A DNA stretch of 64,000 nucleotides, taken from the NCBI GenBank assembly GCA_004764695.1, contig SMSO01000032.1, forward strand, positions 1,612,001 to 1,676,000, written 5' to 3'. The notes beneath the pieces were generated by a model. The model did not search any database and was not told the DNA's origin. It saw only the letters and a list, made by a program, of their open reading frames with translations. This DNA comes from Schizochytrium sp. TIO01 (taxonomy: Eukaryota > Protista > Bigyra: Labyrinthulomycetes). The translations under genes and the position numbers were made by a program. The first letter of the stretch is position 1; each line of letters starts with the position of its first letter. Positions 24,647 through 36,632 of the stretch are shown in pieces.

Positions 24647-25309
24647 ATGAATAGCACTCTGGAACGAGATTATCGTCAGCTTTGCGAGAAGGCAGGCCTT
24701 CGTACCACACATGAGCCAGTACGCAAGCGGGGCTTATCAGCATTGCAGCGAAATGGGTCAGCGTGCGTTGAAAATAAACCTCTCACGCCATCTCCCCGTA
24801 GAATGACATTGGACGATGAACGTGCGCTTTTCAGTCTTCGTCTAGCTAACCTTGAAACTATTCAGAACAAAGCTGATATCGATACTCTTCAGGATAACCT
24901 CGAGGCTGCATTTGAGCAGTACGCACCAAGCCCGATGCTTCCGCAATACACGACTGAGAAGCTTCAGCTTTTTGCTGAAGCTCGTGATCGCCCTTTCGAG
25001 CCGAATTTGCAGACAGGATGGAAGTCCACAAGCAGAGTTTTGCAGATGGCATCATCCCAACTGATATATTCTCATAGTTCCCCAATGTTGATTAGCCAAG
25101 TTCTTGGCAATCATCGACAAAATCACCCTGTAGATGTAATGTTGAGACGGGCGCGACCAATAACAAGACAGCATAATCTTCGTCGAAGGCGAATATCTTC
25201 GAATCAGCATCAGATTCATTCCATGGCCGTTGAGGGACAACGACCTATGACAAGCAGTACGAGAGCGCGATGTAAAGCTCCTATGCAGTACATAAATATG
25301 TATCCATAG
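24647..25309 (+). CDS. hypothetical protein
   Basis: 238-codon ORF, first ATG 24647, protein-like composition, no recognisable motif; converges on the SAM-domain gene. Confidence 0.5.
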   Translation: MNSTLERDYRQLCEKAGLRTTHEPVRKRGLSALQRNGSACVENKPLTPSPRRMTLDDERALFSLRLANLETIQNKADIDTLQDNLEAAFEQYAPSPMLPQYTTEKLQLFAEARDRPFEPNLQTGWKSTSRVLQMASSQLIYSHSSPMLISQVLGNHRQNHPVDVMLRRARPITRQHNLRRRRISSNQHQIHSMAVEGQRPMTSSTRARCKAPMQYINMYP

Positions 25310-25363
25310 ATAATTGTAAGTTAGTTATTCATTTAAATTAAATAGAGGTCAAGCGTGCTTAAT

Positions 25364-27730
25364 CTACATGGCCAGTTTCTCATTAACCTTGCTAAGAACA
25401 CTTGCTAGAGTTGCATCGGTAGTTGAAAGTTTTCTGAGTAACTGCTGGCCCAAATACTTATTTGCGTCACATAATTCAATGCTCGTGGAATCCATAAAAG
25501 GTTCCAGTACATGCCGTAGTGCACTAGCTTGTGAACGAAGATTTGCAGCACTTTGTTTAAGGTTCTGCTGAAGAAGTGGCTCATTATTGGAGTGCGAACA
25601 CGGGGTATTGTGGTGATTGTCGATTGCATTGATTGCTCGAGATGCGTCTCGAAGTCGTTCCAAAGCCCTACTGAGTTGCAAAGTGACCGCTTGAGTTTGG
25701 TTTTGCTTCTCTAAACTCAGCCTGATCGTTCCTTCCTCATCGTTTTGTTGTGATGCTGCATTCAGTACCTTTGCAATTTTCTTTCGTGATGTGTTGATAC
25801 ATGATGAGGAATGCTTGGTCTGGGAGCCATTCAGTTCTGACTTGGTCCCTTTTTTCTCAGCGCGAGATTGTCGAAATTTTCGTGAATTGCCTTTGTTAGA
25901 GGCATAAGGAGTTTGACTTGCTTCATTTAACGAAGCATTCGGCCGCACATCCTTAATGTTAGTTTCTGCGATTTGTGATGTTTTTAGAAGGTAGTTTGTG
26001 CAGCTGTTCTCGCAATCATTTTGATTGGACTTTGCATCACCAAATTCCGTGTATGGTTTTCGAAAAATGTCAGAATTTGACATTTTACTTTCCATTGTCC
26101 CTGGTAGAGCTGTCGATTTGTATTCGTCGAAGCCAGTGGACTGATTATCAACAAAATTCGATTTGTCTAAGTGATGAGAATAATCAAGTGTGTTATACCC
26201 ATTTACTTGGGATTGCAAAACAGATTGATCGCAGGTGTCACACACTTTTGATGATGCCGAACCTAGGAAATGTGATTCTATGCTCTTTCCACAGCTATTT
26301 TTCTCGGTGTTTTCGTGGAACGGAGTTATCGAAGCAGATGGGTGTTGCTTAGGTGTACATGACGAATCTTCAGATATTTGAGCAGTTTTAATCGGAACTT
26401 GACATGGACGAACAGGCTCAGGTGGGGCAAGTGGATCCGTGAACTGAGCCATAACACTCGCTCGTGAACGAGATGCCCTTTCCAAAGGTGTTAAGATGGC
26501 ATCCGTAATACGTGTTGTTGACATACTATGCTGTATGCTTTCCAAGTTAGGTTTGGATTCATCAATCATTGAGGGCAATTGGTTTTCCATTTCTTTTTCA
26601 TGCTTGATTTTGATATTCAGGTTTATATTCTCAGGAGTTGTAGAATCTAAGGAGGCAATGTGATCTCCATACGATGTTTTGCTTTGCGAGAGTTCAGTTG
26701 GCGTTTGTAAAGTTTCCTCGGAGCTTTTTACAAAAGAATTTTGCATAAGTTGAAACGTGGGAGTCACCATTGCCAGATGACACCCTTGCTTCGTATTTTC
26801 TACATGAACACATAACGCATACGAAGCGTTGCACTCCAGCAGGGATTGGGCCAATAGCATTGTTTGATCAATTTCGAAAGAAAAATCTAATGATGCGCCT
26901 GGCGCAAGCGCCCCACAGTGTAACCATCCATCGCCTGCATCCGTAGAGATCTGGCCACGGCGTCGAATTGAGCGAAACGTTCGTTTGTGAGCGGTAATTT
27001 GCCTTGTGCGTATTTCACACTCATTTGCTAGTTTCTCTCCTAATTGCAATTGCTTGATAATATAGGCTGACAAGGCACCTGAGCCTTTGTCGTATGATGT
27101 GTGGCCATTCCATGAGATAAATTTCATCTTTCGTCGAGACTTTCCGCGTAGTGCAAAGAGCTTGCAAAATGCTTGACCAGTTGAATTCTGCTTGAAAATG
27201 AATTTTTTGCTGAGGATCTCCACCCTTAAGGATATTCGCTGATTCGCTCGAATGGCTGAAACGTAACCCTCAGAATCTAGCATTGCATCTCGGCCTTGCG
27301 GATCAGTGAGTTCCAGCAGGATACGTGCTTGTTTACAGCATGCAACGGGTTTCCAAAGTACTGAGCGCAATGCTACAAAGAGATTACCACTACGGACTTC
27401 ATCAAGGCCTAAAAGACGTTGCATGTCAGCGTTTGACATTTTGATAATGTCCTCACCAGAGACTGTAGTTTTATATATTGTTTGACGTATTTCAGGTATA
27501 TGGTCAATTAAGAACTCTCTTACATTTTCATACGACCAAAGCGCAACATGTGATTGAAGATAGCTTCTGCTCCGTTTAGGTTCTTCTTTTGTAGAGTTCA
27601 CGTTTGCCATCGGCACTTCCTCGGATTGTGGGTAATTTCGATCATCCAGCTTCGCCAGTAGGTGCTCAATATCAAATGTCGGCACTTGAATTCGAGCCCT
27701 GTCAAATCCTATTGGGAGATTCGATTCCAT
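25364..27730 (-). CDS. SAM (sterile alpha motif)-like domain protein with disordered middle and helical C-terminus
   Basis: VALWSYENVREFL...VSGEDIIKMSNADMQRLLGL resembles the SAM consensus; 796-codon ORF, first ATG 27730. Confidence 0.7.
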   Translation of the reverse strand: MESNLPIGFDRARIQVPTFDIEHLLAKLDDRNYPQSEEVPMANVNSTKEEPKRSRSYLQSHVALWSYENVREFLIDHIPEIRQTIYKTTVSGEDIIKMSNADMQRLLGLDEVRSGNLFVALRSVLWKPVACCKQARILLELTDPQGRDAMLDSEGYVSAIRANQRISLRVEILSKKFIFKQNSTGQAFCKLFALRGKSRRKMKFISWNGHTSYDKGSGALSAYIIKQLQLGEKLANECEIRTRQITAHKRTFRSIRRRGQISTDAGDGWLHCGALAPGASLDFSFEIDQTMLLAQSLLECNASYALCVHVENTKQGCHLAMVTPTFQLMQNSFVKSSEETLQTPTELSQSKTSYGDHIASLDSTTPENINLNIKIKHEKEMENQLPSMIDESKPNLESIQHSMSTTRITDAILTPLERASRSRASVMAQFTDPLAPPEPVRPCQVPIKTAQISEDSSCTPKQHPSASITPFHENTEKNSCGKSIESHFLGSASSKVCDTCDQSVLQSQVNGYNTLDYSHHLDKSNFVDNQSTGFDEYKSTALPGTMESKMSNSDIFRKPYTEFGDAKSNQNDCENSCTNYLLKTSQIAETNIKDVRPNASLNEASQTPYASNKGNSRKFRQSRAEKKGTKSELNGSQTKHSSSCINTSRKKIAKVLNAASQQNDEEGTIRLSLEKQNQTQAVTLQLSRALERLRDASRAINAIDNHHNTPCSHSNNEPLLQQNLKQSAANLRSQASALRHVLEPFMDSTSIELCDANKYLGQQLLRKLSTTDATLASVLSKVNEKLAM

Positions 27731-28355
27731 CTTCACCAGACTTCGGCAATACACCTATCCCAGGCTTTCCTTAACCCGAGACTGTTTACGTTAGCCTCCA
27801 GTCGGCTGCAAAACTTTCACGCCGCTTTCTAGCAAAGACTCCTTCAATGTCCTCCGTATGACGGAGATCACTACTACTTGCGCTGGAGGTTGATGTCAAC
27901 ATTTAGGTTCTATGCACTTGCATTTCTATGCTCTTCATGCGATTAATATTCTGTATTTCGCATTCGGTTCCTATTACCATATGCTTATTATGGTAGTATG
28001 ACCGTTCGATATGAGCCTCTTTTAGATCGATCGTGTCGTTATATATAGACCATTATTGGCGCGGCCAATCTAAATAAGGAGGATGTCAGCTTCTCCCTCT
28101 TCTCCAACGCGGCGCTCTCGGAGCAGCAGACCCCCAAAGCTCATACATTCCGAGAGGCACGCCTGGGACGCTGTGCTTTACAGGGTTCGTTTAACAGGCC
28201 GCAGAAGCTGCGAGGCGGCTTTGCTGTGGCTGTGCCGTTCTTCAGCTCATCGATCGATTGGTGAGCTCGTTAGGTGGAAAGAAAACAAGGTCTCAGGGCG
28301 ACTTTAAGGACAAGCTCCTAATTTCGTGGCGTGTACAACCTAATTTGAGGCAAAC

Positions 28356-29018
28356 ATGGGCCGTCGTCGGCGTGCGCAGAAGAAAGTGGCGACCAAGAAG
28401 CGCGCCACAGTCTCCAAAGTCTTCAAGTGTCCTTTTTGCTCTACAGATGATGCTGTGACCTGCAAAATGTAAGTTTAATTGCACCAAAATTGCGTGCAGC
28501 AGGGAACTCGTGCGAGAAACAGCGTTTGTCGTGGAGTGACTTTGTTTTCAACCTATACTGGCTATGAAGAAGCTAAGATATTGTGTGTATTTTCAGAGAT
28601 GAAGAATGATGCTAACGATAATTCTACTGGTTTGGAAAATTCTTGCTTGCCATGATTGGTAATTATTGATGTACAGAGAGCATGGCAAAGGCATGGCCAC
28701 CTTGAACTGTAGAGTATGTGGTGCGGATTATCAGACAGTGAAGGTTAATTGTAAGTTGATTGATTCTGCCTTTCTCCCCTGAGTGAGGAGAGGCAATGGA
28801 AAAATACGTTGAAGATATCTTCATTATATTTTGATGTAGCACATGAATTTAAGTTATATGCTGACCCTTTTCTTCATGCCGCCCTGCACAATAAAATGGT
28901 ATACTTACGTGATATATTAAAATCTACAGATCTGACGGAGCCTATTGATGTCTTTTGTGAGTGGTATGATGCATGTGAAACTGAAAACGTTGCCGGAGCG
29001 GATGACGAGGACGAGTAA
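28356..29018 (+). CDS. ELF1: transcription elongation factor ELF1/ELOF1, 3 exons
   Basis: Exons 28356-28468, 28677-28750, 28930-29018 give MGRRRRAQKKVATKKRATVSKVFKCPFCSTDDAVTCKIEHGKGMATLNCRVCGADYQTVKVNYLTEPIDVFCEWYDACE...; CPFC/CxxC zinc ribbon and LTEPIDVxxEWxDACE signature. Confidence 0.95.
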
Positions 29019-29393
29019 ATCGCATACAAAGACATATCTTCATCATATACGTGATATACGTTGTTCACTTTTGGCATAAACCTAGGAACTGAACTTGAAA
29101 GCCGTTTTTTAATGGAAGAGCATCTACTGGCTTAATTATTATATTCTGCCTTTTTCATTTCTTTGGTTTTCGCATCTTCATCATATTGGTATGCTGCTCG
29201 TTCCCTTTACAAAACTCATAAAAATGACAAACAATAATTTAATATTGTAGTAAAAAAATATTCGAGGGATTTTTAAAAAGCAGATGTAGAAACGCTTTTC
29301 ATGAAGCAACATCAAGAACAAGGGGTTAACTAAAATCGTTTAATTTTCACCGCATCTTTAAAAAAAAAAAAAAGCTCTCCTCCTTGATCCGAT

Positions 29394-31409
29394 CTATGCC
29401 CAAAACTGAAGCATCAAAGAGCGAAGACGCATGTAGTCCTCATGGGCATCGCGATCATATTCAAAAGGGTATGGGGCACCAAGCTGTGTAGCCGCTACTA
29501 CACCAGAGGTGAACGAGAGGTCGTGCCCATTGGCAGGTAAAACAGCAGATCCACAAAAGTAAGTCTGACCTTGTCTCGATCCTTGGAGTACAGGCCAACC
29601 TGTGACAGAACTTGTGAGTTGAAAGAGAGTTAAACAAGGGTGTGCCTCTCTCGATGTAGAAACCCAATCCGCTTGTGTGCCAGCTTTGTCAAGCTTATCG
29701 TCCGCATTGTAAGTCACAAGCATAGGGAGCTTGCCGTTGAGATGGCGAGTGGTGGGCGCCCAGGACGAGATGACGAAAGAATTCTCAATATTCTGTGGGT
29801 TCTTAGCTTCCACCTCAACATAATTGCAGTATGCTCCAAGGATCTCAGATTTATAGTGGTCAGGAAGCACAGCATCAGCATTAGAGTGAACGACACCCTT
29901 TTCGAAAGTCTTGTCACGGTCAGTTGTGTACATTGTATTGTTAAGCATAAAACTCTCCAGGGCATCGAGCATTCGCCTCTTAATCGATGAGATACTCGTA
30001 TCATTGTTGAGTCCGTTGGAAAGATTTGCTTCCGGAGGTGGGGCTCCTGGAAGGTCCGAACCTTTGCCATGAAGCATTCTGTTCATTGCCGGTGCCGAAC
30101 AAGCAAATACAACTGCATCAAACTTCTCAACATTGCCATCTTCATCATGGACAAAGACATCAAAGCCGGGAGTACCGTCCTCACGTGGTTCATAGCGCAC
30201 CTTTTCCACTTCACAGGAAGTTCGCACTGACTCTTCTGGGAACTCGCTAGCCATTCTTTTGATTGTGTCATACGAGTGTGTTTTCCACGCCTTCATGACT
30301 GGTACTGAGGTGAACGGAAGAATATCATTAAGAATCTCGGCCATCGTACTCGGGAGAGCATCCATCTCAACCTCGAGAAAGGTGGACGTATGCACAGGTA
30401 CAAAGATTAGTGTCCAGAAGCGCTCAGAAATGCCAAAGAGGCGGCATAGGGTGTGCAGCGGGATCATGTTCAAGGGGTTAATGAAGCTCAGTCGGTACAT
30501 GCTTGGAATGCGGGAGGGCTGGAAGATTGCGTTAACGCGCTTGACAAAGACATTCAGGCGATCCCACTTTTCGAGGTCCTTGGCAAGCTCAGCATCTGGT
30601 GACCAGTCTTCGCGGCCATGGGCAAATACACATTCTGTAGATCCATCTTGCTCTCGCTTGGTCACAAAAAAGCGCAGATCATGATCCTCACATTCGATAC
30701 CGAGGTCCGCGATGAGAGCATTGTAGTTGTGGAAATACTCATGAGGCCAAGCCAATACGGCAAGTCCGGTCTCCACCTCCTCGCCATCAACCTTCCAGGT
30801 CATTGCTTTTGCGTTGCCGCCGAGACGCGGCTTCTTCTCGTATAACATGATATCTTTGCCGCCACGGTTCAGGGTCCAGGCGGCCCCCATACCTGCGATG
30901 CCGCTGCCAATGACCGCGACACGCTGAGTAGGGCGTTGCTGAAGCTTTTTCTTTTGATTGGAGGAGGCAATGTAATACGCCGCAGCTGCAGCACCGAGTC
31001 CAAGGTTAATGTACAGTGCCTTGGCGCGTACAAGGGCTCGGACTTTGCGCAGGAGCGCGAAAACCTGCTTAATCCCTGATGCTCGAACAATTGCGTTAAG
31101 TGATTCGCGAGCTCGAGTCAAGAGTGGCTTGAGCTTGAACAGGCACGCGAGGATAGCAGCTGCAAGAAATTTATGCATGGACCGTTGGGGGTTGCTTCCT
31201 GCTTGGTTGGAAAGATTCATTGCAGCAGACTCCTGATGTTGCCAGACGAATCCTTCTTCTTGGGAGAAATCTTCCTGCATCAGAGTTTCATTTGAGGATT
31301 CCATGTGGCCCGCATTTGGGCAAAGGCCTCGACTTTCTAAGTTCACGCCACCTTCAAGGGTGTTCACCTCTACCGAAGGTGATGTCGTCATACCCGACTC
31401 GGATATCAT
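29394..31409 (-). CDS. FAD/NAD-binding oxidoreductase (amine oxidase/COG2907-like) with N-terminal membrane anchor region
   Basis: Rossmann motif VAVIGSGIAGMGAAW...LYEKKPRLGGNA, FDAVVFAC, C-terminal YFCGS...GHDLSFTSGVVAATQLG; first ATG 31409. Confidence 0.85.
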   Translation of the reverse strand: MISESGMTTSPSVEVNTLEGGVNLESRGLCPNAGHMESSNETLMQEDFSQEEGFVWQHQESAAMNLSNQAGSNPQRSMHKFLAAAILACLFKLKPLLTRARESLNAIVRASGIKQVFALLRKVRALVRAKALYINLGLGAAAAAYYIASSNQKKKLQQRPTQRVAVIGSGIAGMGAAWTLNRGGKDIMLYEKKPRLGGNAKAMTWKVDGEEVETGLAVLAWPHEYFHNYNALIADLGIECEDHDLRFFVTKREQDGSTECVFAHGREDWSPDAELAKDLEKWDRLNVFVKRVNAIFQPSRIPSMYRLSFINPLNMIPLHTLCRLFGISERFWTLIFVPVHTSTFLEVEMDALPSTMAEILNDILPFTSVPVMKAWKTHSYDTIKRMASEFPEESVRTSCEVEKVRYEPREDGTPGFDVFVHDEDGNVEKFDAVVFACSAPAMNRMLHGKGSDLPGAPPPEANLSNGLNNDTSISSIKRRMLDALESFMLNNTMYTTDRDKTFEKGVVHSNADAVLPDHYKSEILGAYCNYVEVEAKNPQNIENSFVISSWAPTTRHLNGKLPMLVTYNADDKLDKAGTQADWVSTSREAHPCLTLFQLTSSVTGWPVLQGSRQGQTYFCGSAVLPANGHDLSFTSGVVAATQLGAPYPFEYDRDAHEDYMRLRSLMLQFWA

Positions 31410-32348
31410 CTCGTCTTGCACTTCAGACTACCAAATCTGACTTTGAGTCCAACACGTCACGGGGGTTCGGTTTTCAAGTTACAACCAAGACTTGCTCCTT
31501 CGCAGACCAAAGTTTGTCTTCACCCTGTGTCTAGGTTGGATGAATACCGCGAACAACAGGTAAGCTCTCCTCTGGTTCGGGGTGTGCTGTGCTGCTATAT
31601 TTTAGATTAACTAAGTAGATAGGTATAGTAGGGATGCCTTGACCTAGTGCCTAACTACAGTCTAGGTAGTACCTAATATGTATAGTATTAAGTCGTACAT
31701 GATAAGTTAATAAAATTTTCATACAGTGATAGCACATAACGTGATGATGTGATGTAAGGTATACCTTCTGTGATACTAAAGAGAGAAATGTGTAAAGCAG
31801 AAGATGTAAATGAAAGCGAAAAGTTGAACCACTGAGGATTGGGATGTCTTTTGCAAATACCCCCGAAAATCATGGCCAGGTAGTACGAGTTTGCAAACAC
31901 GTATTTAGGTGAATTCTAGTCTGAGTGGGTATGGAATACCAGTTATCAGAGTTACCTTTGCTTATATATTTACTCAGGTACTGTTATAAATTCTTCAGAC
32001 TCGTAATTCGCACCCTCCCCCGTGGAGACGGAAGAGAGGCTTGAAATAAGATTTCTAAGTAATTTTGTACATATCCTCGATCGAAACCCATTCAATAATG
32101 TGGTGAGTACGCTCACAATTTCTCCTGTCTTGAGGAGAGCAGTACTATTGTGATCAGTTTTGTTTATAATTCTTGAAACCTAGTGCAGGTTTTCCCTGCT
32201 ACGAGTACAAAATTTATTATTATTGTTAGGCCTAAGCCAATATAGGATTATTCTCTACCTATATCATATTTAAAAGTACTAGTAAAAAGAAAAAAAGAAA
32301 AAAAGAAAAAATAAAGACTTCAAAACAAAAAAGCAATCAGCGAGCACA

Positions 32349-32910
32349 ATGAGCACAATGGAGGAGGCATTTAGGTACCGCTGGTAAGTGAGCATGCTTC
32401 GAAGGAGTTGTTGTAGAGGTTACTGACACGCACAATCATTTCACTCGTGCTTGAATTTCTGTTCTGTGGCTTCTGGTTATGTGCTATGGTTACTGTGGCT
32501 CGGCGAAACCAACGATTGGCGAGGACAGCGAGGCGTCGTATGACTTCCCCTCGGACAGCCTTGCCACGAAGGCGTGTCAAGTGCTTGAAGTGGACCCTAC
32601 CTTGAACGAGGAAACTGGCAAGAGGAGTTTTTCCACTAAGGGTAACCAACTTTGCGTGTAAGTGTTGCAATGCTTTTGATTCTTTGTACAATATAGGTTA
32701 ATTTTGGTATACTCACTCAGGTCGTATATTCGCTCATCATGCATATTCATGTATCATTTGTGTGGTGTATTTCGTGAAATTTATTTGGTTTGTTGTTCTT
32801 GCAGGACGATTGAAGCAATCAATGCTAAACAGCTACGTGCTATCACTAACACAACGCTTGATATGCTCAATGTGGTGGTAAGCGCCATGCGCGAGTACCC
32901 GGAAAAGTGA
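32349..32910 (+). CDS. PCC1: KEOPS/EKC complex subunit PCC1/LAGE3, 3 exons
   Basis: Exons 32349-32383, 32529-32657, 32805-32910 give MSTMEEAFRYRCEASYDFPSDSLATKACQVLEVDPTLNEETGKRSFSTKGNQLCVTIEAINAKQLRAITNTTLDMLNVVVSAMREYPEK, which matches the Pcc1 pattern (FPS...A...L.VDP; LR.....LD.L.VV..M..Y). Confidence 0.85.
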
Positions 32911-33500
32911 TGTTACGCGACTTAACCAACAGCCAAATTACACGATGGTCACATGGACTCAAGCTAATTATCTCCTCTATCTTTTCGGTTATTGGATCCG
33001 CCATCCTTCGCTCATTTTTGGCAGATTTCTGCATTTCAACAGCATGCAAACCACCTGAAATGCCGCAAACTGATTAATTAAAACGCTTTTGCTTCGTGGC
33101 AGGGCGCTCACAAGCGCATATGTAAAAACATATCATGGTGGCTCTTTTAAGTCTGAATCTCCAATCCTTTTTGTCAGACAATATAATGATTATTGATGTC
33201 TGTGCTCAGTGTGTTTGCGTTGATTAGAGACAAACGCTTTTTTATAAATAATAGAAAGGAAGCTAAAAGGAAGGAAATTGCGAGATCGGTATATTTGTCG
33301 CGCACTCACATCTACTACACCAATCCAGAGAAAGTCAAGAAGCGGACCCTGCATTCGCCTTTTATTCTGCATGCTGATATCCTTTTCAGCCCTCCTTTCA
33401 AAACTCGCTGCAGATACCATCGCCTTTCTGCATTCGCTTTGGTTTTATACCTTACCATCACGCGTATAAAAATAATCTTTTCATCATATAGTCTGCAAAA

Positions 33501-34616
33501 TCATTGGTTGTTGTTGTTACTTGGCATGGCTTCCTCATCATCATTGTTGCTCTTGGCAGTCTCCACATTCCCCTCTAGGGTCCATGCGACGGTCTCTCCC
33601 GCCCTAAGAGGAATGATGAGTTCCTCAGGGCCAAAGGCACATGCCGCTGGCACTTGAGCAGGTTTTTTGACAAGTTTGACTGCACTCGGATTCTGCGGGA
33701 GTCCGTAAAACCTAGGTCCATTGATACTCGCAAACGCCTCCAAGTGCTCGAGAGCGCCTGCCTCCTCAAAAGCTTCTGCGTAAAGCTCAATTGCATTGAG
33801 TGCGGTAAAAACACCGGCGCATCCGCAGCAGCTTTCCTTGGCGGCCTGCGGGTGTGGTGCAGAGTCAGTGCCGAGGAAGAACTTGGGGCTGCCGGAGCGG
33901 ATAGCCTCGAGAAGAGCCTGGCGGTGGGTTTCGCGCTTGAGCACAGGGAGACAGTACATATGCGGCCGGAGGCCTCCTTTGAAGATGGCGTTGCGGTTGT
34001 ACAGGAGGTGATGCGCGGTAATAGTGGCAGCGACGTTCTCCGGACACGAGAGAACGAATTCTACGGCCTCGCGGGTGGTGATGTGCTCCATGACGATCTT
34101 GAGGTTGGGCACTTCGGCAACCAGGGGGCGAAGGTGGCGCTCAATAAAGAGGGGCTCACGATCGAAGAGGTCCGTATCGGGGTCAGTAACTTCACTGTGC
34201 ACGAGCAGAAGCATGCCAAGCTCCGCCATCTTCTCCAGAGTCGGCCGGATGCGCTGCATGTCGGTCACTCCAGAGTCACTATTCGTGGTCGCGCCAGCAG
34301 GGTAAAGCTTGCACGCAACGATCTTGCCGGTGGACATGGCACGCTCGATCTCCGCGGGGGTTGTGTTGTCTGTCAGATACAGTGTCATGAGAGGCTCGAA
34401 GTCATGGCCCTCGGGCACTGCCGAGAGGATCTCATCGCGGTAACGCAAAGCTTGTTCTGTAGTTACAACAGGGGGCTTCAGGTTGGGCATGGCAATTGCA
34501 CGGCGGAATTGCTTGGAGACCATTGGGGTCACAGCCTTAAGGCGAGCGCCGTCGCGGAAGTGGTGGTGCCAATCATCCGGAGCAATGATGGTCAACTCTG
34601 TGCCAGCCGCAGACAT
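33501..34616 (-). CDS. pyrC: dihydroorotase, standalone homodimeric (E. coli PyrC/yeast Ura4 type)
   Basis: [63 protein letters not shown]. Confidence 0.97.
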   Translation of the reverse strand: MSAAGTELTIIAPDDWHHHFRDGARLKAVTPMVSKQFRRAIAMPNLKPPVVTTEQALRYRDEILSAVPEGHDFEPLMTLYLTDNTTPAEIERAMSTGKIVACKLYPAGATTNSDSGVTDMQRIRPTLEKMAELGMLLLVHSEVTDPDTDLFDREPLFIERHLRPLVAEVPNLKIVMEHITTREAVEFVLSCPENVAATITAHHLLYNRNAIFKGGLRPHMYCLPVLKRETHRQALLEAIRSGSPKFFLGTDSAPHPQAAKESCCGCAGVFTALNAIELYAEAFEEAGALEHLEAFASINGPRFYGLPQNPSAVKLVKKPAQVPAACAFGPEELIIPLRAGETVAWTLEGNVETAKSNNDDEEAMPSNNNNQ

Positions 34617-36561
34617 CTTGGACTAAAATAATAGAGTTTGGTCTTACTCTTCCGACGAGCAAAAACAGAGAGAGCGTGGAGTTCGCGTAATGAGATCAGC
34701 AAGAAGAGACGCGCAGGGACCAAGACGTTAAAAGGTTTGCCTTAGTTCATGCCGGATTAATGATGTTGCTGGTGATCCCGAGGAACACAAGGTATCATAC
34801 TCCAATCAAAGAATTAATAATGCTAACTAGGTGGGTCTACTAGTTAGAGCTTAGTAGTGTAGGTATTATAAGTACCTAGGTAATGTTATCCACATAAACA
34901 CCATTCGTCACTCCTATCAATCCTTTTTCTGGGGTAAAGACTTAAGTCAAAATATTTATTTGACTTGAGAAAAGTCTCTGACTCTCGTGGAGGTTGCTTT
35001 GACTTGGAGGCTTACTCAAGTCAGACACATCTCTCATACTGAGTCAAAACATATCGCTCAATGAATAGTAGCAATCAGATGAAAAGGTAGCTCGCAAGAT
35101 TTCTAGGACTAAGTTAAAAGTTATAAAATAATAATAATAATGGTCCAGTGCTAGATGGCAAAACAGCATATCAAACTCGACGAGCTTTTAAAGCAATGCA
35201 GCATATCAACAGTAAAGAAGGAAAGTGATGAATGGAAACTTACTTTGCACCAAGCATGCTTTGGCTCTAACCTTTTCTTCCTTACCGCCAAGGTTTTCAG
35301 TCTTGCTTTCGGAGAACAAGTGACACAAGAAAGTGCGAGTAGGCTAATGAGTGCATAGGTAAGTACTACTACCCTAGGCACCTATCTACCCTAGTCTCTT
35401 TAGAGTTCTCTCTCTAAAAGAGAGAAGAAGTCTATCAACATCTCTTGGCATAAGCAGTATTACAAGCGAGCGCGCGACCAACCTTGGGTAAAGGGTTTGG
35501 GCGATTGTCTCTCAAGCTGACTAGGTAGGTATCTGGCTAGTATTTGCCCAAGCAAAGCAAACAATTATGCGAATAGCATCTGCTGGTGAGAGTGACAAAT
35601 GCCTGTGATTGGCCGTGGTCGATTCGAGCAGGATTAGCAGTATGCTGTTATTAAAATAAAAAACAAAAAATAAAAAATAAAAAATCACAGCATGCATGAT
35701 GTCTACGATCACTTCCTAGGAGGTAGGTAAGTACACTCGAAGAAGGTCTTTCCAAGATTTTCAGCGCTCTTAAGTGTTTGATTCCCAACATAAACGGTGC
35801 ATGCAACTCTTATGCTTCGATTCTCTTTTCGAGATCTCAGAGATGCTCCGCCAATCTCCTGCTCTTCTTTCTTTCATTGGCTCTCCCACTATAGGTACCT
35901 ATTTAACTTAGTCGGTCGGTCAAAGGATCCTTCACTTAGGTAGCTTTTTTAAAGACTATACTATACTATATCATAATGTTAATTAGAATTTATTTCTAAA
36001 ATTAAACCTCTATATAAAGAAAAAAGACAAAGAAATAGTCATAGTTATACATATGTATAATCTGCAATGGCGTGCGTACCTTTCGATAAAGTTTGCGGCG
36101 AACAGACATGGTTTTCAATTCGTTATGCTGCGCTCCAACGACGTACTAGCAAGATAAACGCTCTTGTCCACAGGTCTGATGAAGCAGGGTTTTGGACTTC
36201 GGTTTAACTGTATCTTCTGTGCTATGCATCCCTCTCAAGATGCTTTGCTCTGGCAATCCGAGCATCAATCAATTTACTAAGAATTAAACTGTCGTCAATC
36301 ACGATTGACATGGGACGCCACCCAGGGGTCCTCAATATACTCTGTGATGCCGACGCAGTTCTCCTCCATGCTTATCGTACCTCAGCCGCCACGTGAATCG
36401 CCACGGCTCGATACGCACGTGCCTACGCATTGCAGTCATCTGCAGCACATGGTGACGAGGAATGGACTTTCGCTGGTTGTGTGAGGATTTCTCGTGTTGA
36501 AGATATGTACTATCGTCATCGAATATGTAGGTATCCAGGTAGGGATCAAGGTAGTAGTGAC

Positions 36562-36562
<1 letters not shown>

Positions 36563-36597
<35 letters not shown>

Positions 36598-36632
36598 GCA
36601 GACTTGCAGGAAAAAGAAAAAGAAAAAAGAAA
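36563..36632. repeat. (GAAA)n microsatellite and purine tract
   Basis: aagaaagaaagaaagaaagaaagaaagaaagaaagg... Confidence 0.85.

Noticed and set aside
31741-31834. C/D snoRNA candidate (GTGATGA...CTGA)
   Set aside because: No terminal stem and no convincing rRNA-complementary guide
33654-34631. 325-aa ORF antisense to dihydroorotase (similar shadow ORFs over DJ-1 and CBF5)
   Set aside because: Shadow of GC3-rich codon usage on the real strand; no motif
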